Shown here: piece by piece, positions 9,319-17,831 of the stretch
Numbering within the stretch: the first letter of the stretch is position 1
Layout: each line of letters opens with the position of its first letter
IMG/VR virus record: IMGVR_UViG_3300040811_001959
Source of the DNA: a virus
Taxonomy: Duplodnaviria; Caudoviricetes
Length of the DNA: 64,000 nt
Reading direction: 5' to 3' (one strand)
Notes under the pieces: model-generated
What the model was told of the DNA's origin: nothing
The model's database searches: none
The model's input: only the letters and a program-made list of their open reading frames with translations
Made by a program: the position numbers and the translations under genes

Positions 9319-10040
9319 TCTGTTAATTTAAAGCGTTTTTCTAATATTTCATTATCAACTCCGTCTTTCGCTCCAGCTTTCATGTGATCAATGTATGGAG
9401 CTAAAACACTTTTTGGAATTGGAGTTTTAAGTTTATGTAGATTTAAGTTCAACATTTTATTACCTTTTGCTTCCAAAAGTTCTACGGTCTTACCATAGAC
9501 TTCACCGTCGTAAAATCTGCGTAGTCCGTGATACTTGTCATTTACATAAATGTCTCTATATGTATCAACAAATTCTTGGAAAGCTGGATGTTTTTTGTTA
9601 AGTATAAAAAATCCTGTTTCGCAACTATGGAAAATTTTTCCATCAACGTCATGCCACACTGAAAAATGTGTACTCAACACATCCTCTGGTGCAATTAGAT
9701 TTAAAAGTTGGTCTGGTATGTCTGTTTTTATAATTGTATCAGCATCAATCCAAATTAATCTATCGCAATCTATTTCTGCACAGCCTTTTATGATCGACCA
9801 TGCTTTTTTAGAAAATTGTTTAACTTTCTTATTTTGATGCCTAGCTTGGAAATCCCAATATTCTTTTGGCATATGCCATCCCATAGATACAATAGTTTTT
9901 ACCTTAACTTCAAAATCTCCTTCATTGTATACATGCATAGGAGTATGAGCTGACCAACCATGTTTATAACTTCTTAACATAGCTCTACCTACATGATCAT
10001 AGTAGGCTCTATTCATGCTTGTTACTGCTGCAAAATTCAT
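9315..10040 (-). CDS. GT-A glycosyltransferase (paralog of 8482..9318)
   Basis: 'FSKK', 'WIDAD', 'ETGF', 'YDGEV'. Confidence 0.75.
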   Translation of the reverse strand: MNFAAVTSMNRAYYDHVGRAMLRSYKHGWSAHTPMHVYNEGDFEVKVKTIVSMGWHMPKEYWDFQARHQNKKVKQFSKKAWSIIKGCAEIDCDRLIWIDADTIIKTDIPDQLLNLIAPEDVLSTHFSVWHDVDGKIFHSCETGFFILNKKHPAFQEFVDTYRDIYVNDKYHGLRRFYDGEVYGKTVELLEAKGNKMLNLNLHKLKTPIPKSVLAPYIDHMKAGAKDGVDNEILEKRFKLTD

Positions 10041-10951
10041 ATATATTCCTTAATTATATTCCATGCTATTCCGTTTTTTAAATCAGCAAAATTAAAATGA
10101 CACATTGCAATTTTTTCAATCCATTCCTGTCGGTCGGGCAAAAGCGGACTTTCAATAAATTTTAAATCTGTATTACATATATCAAATGCTTGACTATCTT
10201 GTGGTACCGGATCTGTTACAAATACAGGAATTCCCTCAATTGCACTAGCTACTCCAGGACTGCTATTATAAGTTATGCATGCCCACGCATTTTTTAAATC
10301 ATCTTGTAGTAATTCATTTTTACTTTTTTTTACTCTATATTTCCAAATTAATTGATCTAAATTAAACTTACGATCGCCTGGATGCCCTCTTACAATTATT
10401 GGCCGGGTGGTGTACGAACGTAAATTTTTAATAACCCAATCAAACCATTCTATAATAGGTTTTCCTTTCATTGACCAACCGCCATTTCTTTGTAAACAAA
10501 TTAATATATGTTCTCCTTGTAATCTCCAAGGTTGTAAATCTATATTATAATCTTTTTTAATTTGTTGCCATCTTTCTGGTAAAATTGTTTTAGTAAAATA
10601 ATTTCCTGTTGTAGGAAATACGTCATTTAAACTAAATCTTAAATAATTTGAGGAATTTGATTTATCTAAATATAAAAATAAATTACTATCTACTGTAAGG
10701 GTTTGTTTACCTATTTTTTTTTGAGAAGCAATAATTTCTTTTCTAAACATCAAATGTGGAGTTCTTCCTGAATCTTTATGTACCCATCCTTGTATGACCG
10801 CTAAGTCAGCTGGTTCCCACGATCTTGTACGAATTTCTTTACTTTGAGCATCTACACCAACTCCAATATGAAAATTTGTTAGAACCAAAGATTTTTCTTT
10901 TTTTGTGTTAGAAGAAGGAATACCCCCATAATAAACCCTAACTTGTTTCAT
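10037..10951 (-). CDS. Capsule-biosynthesis-like GT-B glycosyltransferase
   Basis: 'ILICLQ', 'IVRGHP', 'YNSSPGVASAIEGIPVF'. Confidence 0.65.
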   Translation of the reverse strand: MKQVRVYYGGIPSSNTKKEKSLVLTNFHIGVGVDAQSKEIRTRSWEPADLAVIQGWVHKDSGRTPHLMFRKEIIASQKKIGKQTLTVDSNLFLYLDKSNSSNYLRFSLNDVFPTTGNYFTKTILPERWQQIKKDYNIDLQPWRLQGEHILICLQRNGGWSMKGKPIIEWFDWVIKNLRSYTTRPIIVRGHPGDRKFNLDQLIWKYRVKKSKNELLQDDLKNAWACITYNSSPGVASAIEGIPVFVTDPVPQDSQAFDICNTDLKFIESPLLPDRQEWIEKIAMCHFNFADLKNGIAWNIIKEYI

Positions 10952-11657
10952 AGTCTATTGTGTCTGTTCTTAAAAAATCTTTGCCAGTCATGTCCTTATA
11001 TTCATTACACCATTCGACTGAAAGATGCTGCATATAATATTTGTTAAACCAAGGTCCGCCTTCTGTATAATGTATAAGTTTAGGAGGTCCGTCATGATTA
11101 TAATAATGACCAACTAAGTAATTCCATTCATGATGTAGTGTGCCTATTTCAATGTCTTTTAGCCAACTAAACCTATGGAAGTATGCACCATCTTTTGTTT
11201 CGTCATTTACTAACTCTTTAGTCAAAATTTTATTACTAGGATGACCACAGTTAAATAACATTACACTAGACCAATTTTTTCTAGGATATCTAGACTGGGT
11301 TCTACCATCCATTTTCATTGTATGTGTTGGATGAAATTTGTGTTTAACAACCATTACAGCATATTGATCATCTGCTAATTCAAATAATTCTGTAATGTCT
11401 GATTGTAAAAGCATGTCGCAATCTATAAATAATGCCCAACCTTTGTGTTCCATTAACGCAGGTACAAGGAACCGTGTAAATGTAAATTCAGTAGAAGCTA
11501 ATTTATCTATAGGACGAGTGTACCAATTTTCTGCTTCAAGATCTTTTTTTATTAAAGGTTGTATGATTACATCTGGAGTTCTTTTTAAAATGCTATGCTT
11601 GCAAACTTGATAAGCAATGTCTTCTCTTGGATCGTAACCAATAAATATTTTTTTCAT
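10938..11657 (-). CDS. GT8-like glycosyltransferase
   Basis: 'IFIGYDPRE', 'STEFTFTRFLVP', 'FIDCDML', 'NWSS', 'HYTEGGPW'. Confidence 0.8.
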   Translation of the reverse strand: MKKIFIGYDPREDIAYQVCKHSILKRTPDVIIQPLIKKDLEAENWYTRPIDKLASTEFTFTRFLVPALMEHKGWALFIDCDMLLQSDITELFELADDQYAVMVVKHKFHPTHTMKMDGRTQSRYPRKNWSSVMLFNCGHPSNKILTKELVNDETKDGAYFHRFSWLKDIEIGTLHHEWNYLVGHYYNHDGPPKLIHYTEGGPWFNKYYMQHLSVEWCNEYKDMTGKDFLRTDTIDYETS

Positions 11658-12199
11658 AAATTAAATTTTAATTCGCATGTATGATACTTATCGCACTTGT
11701 ATAGAGTTTTAAATATTTCTACCTCAGGAGGAAGCAATATTTTTACAAAATCGCTATTCTTATATTTTCTTATTCTTATGTCAAAAATATATTTTGTATC
11801 GTCATGGCTATGTTTTTTTATAAATTCGTAGTAAGTATTTAAAGGATAATGGAATCCGCAAGACATAAAGGAAGTAATCAAATCAAATTTTATTGAATCC
11901 TCTAAATCTAAATTATCAGCATCTACTAGATGGTACTCGGTATCTTTAAAAATTATTTTTTGTTTTTCAACAAGTTTTTCTTTTATCCAGTAATGGGCAA
12001 AATTTGCAGCATCTGCATTCCATTTTGCTTTTACGGGATTAATTTTTAAATTATTATTTCTTGCATCTCCTTCTATTATCCAAACTTTAGAACTAAATTT
12101 ATCAGCTAAAATTTTAGCTTTGTGTCCATTGCCTCCGCCGATATCGCATAGTTTGTTAAATTTAAAATTATTAAAATGATCGAGTACTTCTTCTAACAT
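11654..12199 (-). CDS. Class I SAM-dependent methyltransferase
   Basis: 'LCDIGGGNG', 'FDLITSFMSCGFHY'. Confidence 0.7.
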   Translation of the reverse strand: MLEEVLDHFNNFKFNKLCDIGGGNGHKAKILADKFSSKVWIIEGDARNNNLKINPVKAKWNADAANFAHYWIKEKLVEKQKIIFKDTEYHLVDADNLDLEDSIKFDLITSFMSCGFHYPLNTYYEFIKKHSHDDTKYIFDIRIRKYKNSDFVKILLPPEVEIFKTLYKCDKYHTCELKFNL

Positions 12200-12220
12200 G
12201 TGCTACCTTTCGTTATATGT

Positions 12221-12234
12221 GTATTTAATAAATA
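12221..12234. promoter_or_regulatory. Overlapping divergent late-promoter boxes (- TTAAATA; + ATAAATA 4 nt before ATG 12239)
   Basis: 'gtatttaataaatatagtATG'. Confidence 0.5.
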
Positions 12235-12238
12235 TAGT

Positions 12239-13012
12239 ATGCAAAATGTTACAGTTGTCTGGAGAGCATGCGATGCTAGGTTTGGAGTTCATGCAAAAGA
12301 TAGATTTTTTTCAAATAGTAAAACAGAAGTTTCTATAACTTGTTTCCAAAGTTTTTATAATTCATTTAAAAATTATTTAGATAGAACTAAGTTTGTAATT
12401 ATCCTAGACCGTCCTAGTCAAAAATTATTAAATTTTTATAAAACAATAGATGCAAAAATTGTAAATTATATAGGAGATTCTAAAGGAGGATTACGACAAA
12501 ATATCCAAACAAGTTTACAAGAAGCCTATAATGTAACAACAGATTGGGTATGGATACAAGAAGATGATTATTTATTTGTAGAAAATGCTGCTGAGAGTTT
12601 TTTTAATCTCATTGATAATAAAAATAGAATACTAAAACAAAAAAATGATAAAATTAATTTAATCATCTATCCAGCTGACTATAGCGATAGATATATTAGA
12701 ACACAGGACGGCAGGAGTAGATATCAATTATTTTTAGGTGATTACGGATATTGGAGAGAGATTCACAATACAACTTTTTCTTGGTGCATTAAAACTGCAA
12801 ATTTAAATCTATTAAAAGACCAATTCCAGCAGATGTTTGTTGAAAGAAGGTATAAGAATTTCGACAGTTATTTAAGCGAAGAAATTTGGAAAGACAGTTT
12901 GATTGTTAGTCCTTTACCAAGTTTAAGTTTCCATTTAGATACGCATGTTAAACCTCCTCCGTGTATAGATTGGAAAGGATTATGGAATAAAAATGTTCAT
13001 GTATGTGTGTGA
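12239..13012 (+). CDS. GT2-like glycosyltransferase; start revised to 12239
   Basis: 'WVWIQEDDYL' motif, C-terminal 'SFH'. Confidence 0.65.
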   Translation: MQNVTVVWRACDARFGVHAKDRFFSNSKTEVSITCFQSFYNSFKNYLDRTKFVIILDRPSQKLLNFYKTIDAKIVNYIGDSKGGLRQNIQTSLQEAYNVTTDWVWIQEDDYLFVENAAESFFNLIDNKNRILKQKNDKINLIIYPADYSDRYIRTQDGRSRYQLFLGDYGYWREIHNTTFSWCIKTANLNLLKDQFQQMFVERRYKNFDSYLSEEIWKDSLIVSPLPSLSFHLDTHVKPPPCIDWKGLWNKNVHVCV

Positions 13013-13571
13013 CTGGTTTGCTAAACACAGAGCTAAAGAAAATGGTTACTTCGTAGAAATTGGCGCCTATACTGGTAAAACTCAAAATTCTACATTTGTA
13101 TTAGAAAAAAAAGGATGGCATGGATTGTGTTTTGAGCCAGTATATGGTAATTTTAGGAAACTAAAAAAAAGAAGGAAATGCGAATGTATAAATGCCGCTG
13201 TGTATGATTACACTGGGGAAATAGAATTTGTCGAAGTAGATATTTCAGGTTGGGGAGGTATTAGTGAATCTCATCAACCAAAACATAAAGAAAGATATAT
13301 AAATTCCACAAAAAAATATTCTGTACCATGCATAGCGTTTAATGATGCAGTAAAATTACAAAATATAAATTATTTACAGATAGATGTAGAAGGAGCAGAA
13401 TCAAAAATATTAAAATCTATAGATTGGAATTTTTATAATATAGATTATATTTGTATAGAAGATAACCTGCGAGTTGAAACAAAGGATAGTTACTACAGTA
13501 ATTTGATGAAAGATTTAGGATATAAAGAGATTTATTTTGAAAAGAAAGATTTTTTATATGAAAAAATCTAA
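12993..13571 (+). CDS. FkbM-family methyltransferase
   Basis: 'FVEIGAY.G...NS', 'CFEP', 'LQIDVEGAE'. Confidence 0.88.
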   Translation: MFMYVCDWFAKHRAKENGYFVEIGAYTGKTQNSTFVLEKKGWHGLCFEPVYGNFRKLKKRRKCECINAAVYDYTGEIEFVEVDISGWGGISESHQPKHKERYINSTKKYSVPCIAFNDAVKLQNINYLQIDVEGAESKILKSIDWNFYNIDYICIEDNLRVETKDSYYSNLMKDLGYKEIYFEKKDFLYEKI

Positions 13572-14049
13572 ACCTTATATGAAAAGTAAAGAATGGAATT
13601 TTTTAATTTCACATCTAAATTCAGAAGATATAATGTTAGAGTACGGAAGCGGTTCATCAACAACTCTGCTAGGACCCTTGGTAAAAAAATTAGTAAGTCT
13701 TGAACATGATAAAAAATGGTATGAAAAGGTTTTAAATGAAAATAATCTTGCTAATGTTGAATTGTGTTTTGTACCTCCAGATAGTCCAAGGACTATACCT
13801 ACACAAAAAGAACAGTTTCTATCCTACATAAATTGGGTTACAACTAGGAAAGAAATATTTACAAAAGTTTTAATTGATGGTCGTGCTAGGCAATGGTGTG
13901 CAGAGTCAATTTTAGATAATTTAGCAGAAAATCATTTAGTATTTCTTCATGATTATAATTTAATTGAACGTCCTTATTACCAAAGAGTTTTAAATTTTTA
14001 TGAGATAATAGATAAATGTCACACTATGATAATGTTACAAAAGAAGTAG
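13537..14049 (+). CDS. SAM-dependent methyltransferase (probable start near 13558)
   Basis: 'LEYGSGSST', 'SLEHD..W', 'LIDGRAR', 'FLHDY'. Confidence 0.75.
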   Translation: MKRKIFYMKKSKPYMKSKEWNFLISHLNSEDIMLEYGSGSSTTLLGPLVKKLVSLEHDKKWYEKVLNENNLANVELCFVPPDSPRTIPTQKEQFLSYINWVTTRKEIFTKVLIDGRARQWCAESILDNLAENHLVFLHDYNLIERPYYQRVLNFYEIIDKCHTMIMLQKK

Positions 14050-14771
14050 TCCTTGCTACTACATTTAGTGAAAATGGTTATAATAAGTACGGTAAATCTT
14101 GGATTGAAAGTGTTAAAAAATATTGGTCTCCGAACATCAATGTACATTTATATTTAGATTTTACAGTTCCAAACTTACCATCAAATTTTAAAATCTTATC
14201 TTTTAAAAGAAATTTTTCTACGATTCAAAAAAATTTAATTGAAAGGGTTAACGATCATTATAAGGATTCTAAAGGAAAAGGTTTAGTTATTAAAGATAAA
14301 ACAATTAAATTCAGTCATAAAATGTTTGTTGTATTAAATGAAATTAAAAACGTATCTTTGAAAAATTTTGTTTGGTTAGACGGAGATGTTGAAACGATAG
14401 ATTTTGTAGATAAAAACTTTATTTTAAAAATAAATGACGGTAAGTTTTTAGGTTGTCAAACAGAAAAACAAACACATAGATATCCGCATATAGAAAGTGG
14501 CATATTAATTTTTGATTTAGCAAATCAACATGTAAAACAATTTTATTCTTTGTTGAAATTATTTTATACGTCGGATTATTTGTTTAAATTAAAAAAACCA
14601 TATGACGGATATGTAATTGGTTTTATCCTAAAAAAATATAAGTTTTCTTTTTATGATTTTAACAAAGGATTAAAAATTGTAGGTAAAACAAGTCATGCAG
14701 ATGAGACATTTCAACACCCTCTTTTGCAAGAAAAATTTGTACATAATATAGGAGATAGGAAAAATTTATAA
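14016..14771 (+). CDS. GT-A glycosyltransferase (third paralog of 8482..9318)
   Basis: 'TTFSENGY..YG', 'FSHK', 'WLDGD', 'ESGI', 'YDGYV'. Confidence 0.7.
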   Translation: MSHYDNVTKEVVLATTFSENGYNKYGKSWIESVKKYWSPNINVHLYLDFTVPNLPSNFKILSFKRNFSTIQKNLIERVNDHYKDSKGKGLVIKDKTIKFSHKMFVVLNEIKNVSLKNFVWLDGDVETIDFVDKNFILKINDGKFLGCQTEKQTHRYPHIESGILIFDLANQHVKQFYSLLKLFYTSDYLFKLKKPYDGYVIGFILKKYKFSFYDFNKGLKIVGKTSHADETFQHPLLQEKFVHNIGDRKNL

Positions 14772-15221
14772 ACTTGCATCTTCCATTCCTGCTACCCTTA
14801 GCTTAACAATGTTAGTAATTTGCCATTGTTTCTGATCGAGACCTTTTAGTATTCCTAACCATTTATTCCTTAATAAAGCAAACTCGTTAACTATCTTTTC
14901 AAAATCAACCACATCTAGTTCTCCGTCTACATACTTTTCAACATCACGACTAGACAATGCTCGTTGATAATTTTCTAAATATTTTTTAAAATAACTGCTA
15001 CGTAATTTCCTCAGTTCAATATTCAGATAGTTTAATATAGCTTCTATTTCTTGCAATTGATTAAAACGATGTTCTACAATTCCTGGAAGTTCTGCAGCAA
15101 GTTTTTCAACATTACCTTTAACTTTGCATTCAAGTTTTGCATCTCTTAATTCAGTTTCAAAATGCAATATAGCATCCGGAATTTTTCCAATGTCTCTTGC
15201 AACTTCGCTATACCAACCCAT
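14766..15221 (-). CDS. uvsY: UvsY recombination mediator
   Basis: Helical 151 aa; 'KKYLENYQRALSSRDVEKYVDGE...KQWQI' adjacent to uvsX. Confidence 0.8.
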   Translation of the reverse strand: MGWYSEVARDIGKIPDAILHFETELRDAKLECKVKGNVEKLAAELPGIVEHRFNQLQEIEAILNYLNIELRKLRSSYFKKYLENYQRALSSRDVEKYVDGELDVVDFEKIVNEFALLRNKWLGILKGLDQKQWQITNIVKLRVAGMEDASL

Positions 15222-15229
15222 TTATCCTT

Positions 15230-15442
15230 TTAATAATCTTCATCATCTTCGTCTATGTCTAAGTAATAGGAAATTGCAATATCAAGTGTATTACAATTTC
15301 CTAATGAATTTTTCATTGCATCGTCTGTCGTTCCAAAATCTGCAAGTAGTTCTACAAAGTGTTCTGCTGCAACTGTTAACTGTTTCTTGTCACAGTGCTC
15401 ACGAAACAGGCTCCAAATCTCGACTATCTGTTGTTCCGTCAT
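15230..15442 (-). CDS. Small acidic hypothetical protein
   Basis: 70-aa ORF between uvsX and uvsY. Confidence 0.55.
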   Translation of the reverse strand: MTEQQIVEIWSLFREHCDKKQLTVAAEHFVELLADFGTTDDAMKNSLGNCNTLDIAISYYLDIDEDDEDY

Positions 15443-16496
15443 TTTCTATAATCTCCTCTTCCATAGATGGAGTATTTATGTCTTTTTGTTTTTTTGGATA
15501 GTCTTGCATAACCATATCTAACAGTTCGCCAGTCCAATTTTTACGATATTCTTTGTGCTCATTTCCTTCACTATCGATGTAACGCAATCTATTTCCGTCC
15601 TTAACAAGATGACCTTGTTTTTCAAATAGGTCAACAAGACCACTATACGGATTCATTCCAGTTTCATAAGGAATCTTAACTTGCACTCCTTCAAACGGTT
15701 TTGCATAACGTGTTTTCATTACCTTACAAGCTGCACGGATACCTTGTACTTCAGAGGTTTTGTTACCATCTTCATCTTCTTTTAGTTTAAGTTTCTTCAT
15801 TGCAACTACAATACTACTTGCATAGATAAAACCTTGTCCGCCTGAAATTTTATCATCAGGATCAAACATATCTTGACTTGCGTATGTGTGATTAGTTGCT
15901 ACAAGTCCTACATTATGACTGCCGAACATGTTTACACAATTCCTTACAAGTGCAGTAAGTGCTTTAGGTTTCCTACCCATATCACCTTTAAGATCGCCCT
16001 TGCCAAATTGATCAACATCAGTTGGTGTTAGTAACATGCCTAAACTGTCGATAACAAACAATACCTTAGGTTTGTCTTCTCCTTCAAGATTTTTGTAATC
16101 ATCAATAAAGACTGAGATAGTTTTAGCTACATCATCAATCATACTCATATTAAGCTTTAGTAGCTTTTTTTCGCTTGTATCAACATTTAATTTCCTAAGC
16201 CAGTCTTCGTCAAGTGCATTTTCACTGTCAATGAGCACAACAAAAATGTCTTGGTCTTGTGCTGCTTTTACAATGTTACCTGCACAGATATAGCTCTTAC
16301 CTGCACCGGACTCTCCTGCAAACACACTCACTTTGCCTAATGGAATGCCTTTGTGAAAATCTCCTGAGATAAGATAATTTAATGCATAGTTGCCAGTTGA
16401 TATCCAATCAGTTGGATCATTAAAACCAGCACTCATGCCTGTGATAGATTTTGTTAATTGTGTTCTAAATTTACTTGGATCAAATGCTTTTGCCAT
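15399..16496 (-). CDS. uvsX: UvsX/RecA-like recombinase
   Basis: Walker A GESGAGKS, Walker B VIDSLG, 'ISGGQG'. Confidence 0.93.
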   Translation of the reverse strand: MAKAFDPSKFRTQLTKSITGMSAGFNDPTDWISTGNYALNYLISGDFHKGIPLGKVSVFAGESGAGKSYICAGNIVKAAQDQDIFVVLIDSENALDEDWLRKLNVDTSEKKLLKLNMSMIDDVAKTISVFIDDYKNLEGEDKPKVLFVIDSLGMLLTPTDVDQFGKGDLKGDMGRKPKALTALVRNCVNMFGSHNVGLVATNHTYASQDMFDPDDKISGGQGFIYASSIVVAMKKLKLKEDEDGNKTSEVQGIRAACKVMKTRYAKPFEGVQVKIPYETGMNPYSGLVDLFEKQGHLVKDGNRLRYIDSEGNEHKEYRKNWTGELLDMVMQDYPKKQKDINTPSMEEEIIENDGTTDSRDLEPVS

Positions 16497-16520
16497 AATT
16501 GTGCCTTAAAAAGTCAGAAT

Positions 16521-16543
16521 GCAAGGAACAATATGTTCCTTGC
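16521..16543 (-). terminator. 10-bp hairpin between gp32 and uvsX (terminator or processing site)
   Basis: gcaaggaaca-ata-tgttccttgc is a perfect inverted repeat; the U-run lies 8 nt downstream on the minus strand. Confidence 0.6.
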
Positions 16544-16553
16544 TGGTAATGTG

Positions 16554-17516
16554 TTAGTCTGCTTGTCTTGCTCGGATCATTGCAAGGATGTCTTTTGCAT
16601 TATCCCCGCCTGCTGAAGTTTCTGCTACTACAGGTTCGCTTACTGTAACAGTTTCTTCTTTTGTTTCAACTACAGTAGTTGTTGTAGTAGGAGTAGAATT
16701 TGCATTTGTATTAGGATCTCCAGTCATTGCTGACATTCCTGCTGGACGGAAGTATTGACTCCATCGTTCGCTATCGTATGCTTCTCCGTCTACGCTAGCC
16801 TCAAACATCTGTTGAATGATTTTAAGCTCAACATCAGTTGGTTTCTTAGGAAGGAAATCATTTAGATTAAATAAGCCAAATGAATTAATTGCATGCATTT
16901 CTTTGTCGTTTAGTGGCCGCTCTCTACGTGCCCAATTACTAGTTGAATAATCGGCAAATCCACCTTTAGATGTCTTATTAAGACGGAAGTCAATACCACT
17001 TGTATAATCAGTTGGCAATTCTTCCATATCCGGATCCATTAACGCTTGTTTAATAATCTGGAAGATTTGAGGTCCAATAATAAATCTGCGGATTGGATTT
17101 TCTGGTACAGTTTCTTCTTTTAATGGATCGTCGTTCACAAAACCTTGGAAAAGATATGAACGCTTTTTCCAATACTTACGACCCATTTCTTCTAGGCTAG
17201 GATCTTTAAACCAGCCACGTACCTCATTAAGGATAGCACAACTCTCGCCATACATTTCCATACAAGGAATTTGCACCTGTACTGGTTTACTGTCGGTTTC
17301 TCCTTTTACACCTGCAAAAGGAAGTTTGATCATTAGTCGCTCTCGCCAGAAAAAAGTATTGTTGTTATCGCCATCTGGAAGGAACCTAAGAGATGCAGTA
17401 GTACCCTCTGCCATATTCCAAAAGGGATAGATACCGTTATCACCACCGGATGTGTTTCCACCTTGTCTTGATTCTTGTTCTTTGAGTTTTGCTCGAATTT
17501 CTGCTAAAGTTGCCAT
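16554..17516 (-). CDS. gp32: gp32-type single-stranded DNA-binding protein
   Basis: 'MATLAEIRAKL', 'LRFLPD', Cys pair 'PCMEMYGESC', 'YWKKRSY'. Confidence 0.9.
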   Translation of the reverse strand: MATLAEIRAKLKEQESRQGGNTSGGDNGIYPFWNMAEGTTASLRFLPDGDNNNTFFWRERLMIKLPFAGVKGETDSKPVQVQIPCMEMYGESCAILNEVRGWFKDPSLEEMGRKYWKKRSYLFQGFVNDDPLKEETVPENPIRRFIIGPQIFQIIKQALMDPDMEELPTDYTSGIDFRLNKTSKGGFADYSTSNWARRERPLNDKEMHAINSFGLFNLNDFLPKKPTDVELKIIQQMFEASVDGEAYDSERWSQYFRPAGMSAMTGDPNTNANSTPTTTTTVVETKEETVTVSEPVVAETSAGGDNAKDILAMIRARQAD

Positions 17517-17566
17517 AATATGCCTTTCTATAAATTGTTAAATGTGCCTTAGCTGTTGCCTTAAAT

Positions 17567-17592
17567 GTGTAGCACAAACATATATGCTACAC
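17567..17592 (-). promoter_or_regulatory. 8-bp stem-loop at the 5' end of the gp32 leader
   Basis: gtgtagca-N10-tgctacac, immediately downstream of an ATAAATA box. Confidence 0.55.
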
Positions 17593-17595
17593 GAG

Positions 17596-17602
17596 TATTT
17601 AT
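17596..17602 (-). promoter_or_regulatory. Late promoter box GATAAATAC upstream of gp32
   Basis: Same 9-mer as at 19580, 33102 and 37749/37763. Confidence 0.55.
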
Positions 17603-17636
17603 CAAATGTCAATAATTAAATTACTGATTTGATAGA

Positions 17637-17822
17637 TTATTTGTGTTCATCTGTGCAGTGTGTGTGCCAGTATGAACTTCCGTGTTGATCGTCATGATCA
17701 TGATGTTGCCATGAATTGCAATGATCATGATCATGCATTCGTGACATATGGTGTTCTCTGTGTGGTGTAGTACAAGCTGCGAGTAAAATAGTTGCAGCCG
17801 CTACAGTAAAAAATAATTTCAT
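17637..17822 (-). CDS. Small His-rich lipoprotein
   Basis: AAGGA RBS; signal peptide with lipobox LAA-C17; 13 His in the 45-aa mature part. Confidence 0.75.
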   Translation of the reverse strand: MKLFFTVAAATILLAACTTPHREHHMSRMHDHDHCNSWQHHDHDDQHGSSYWHTHCTDEHK

Positions 17823-17831
17823 AATTTCCTT

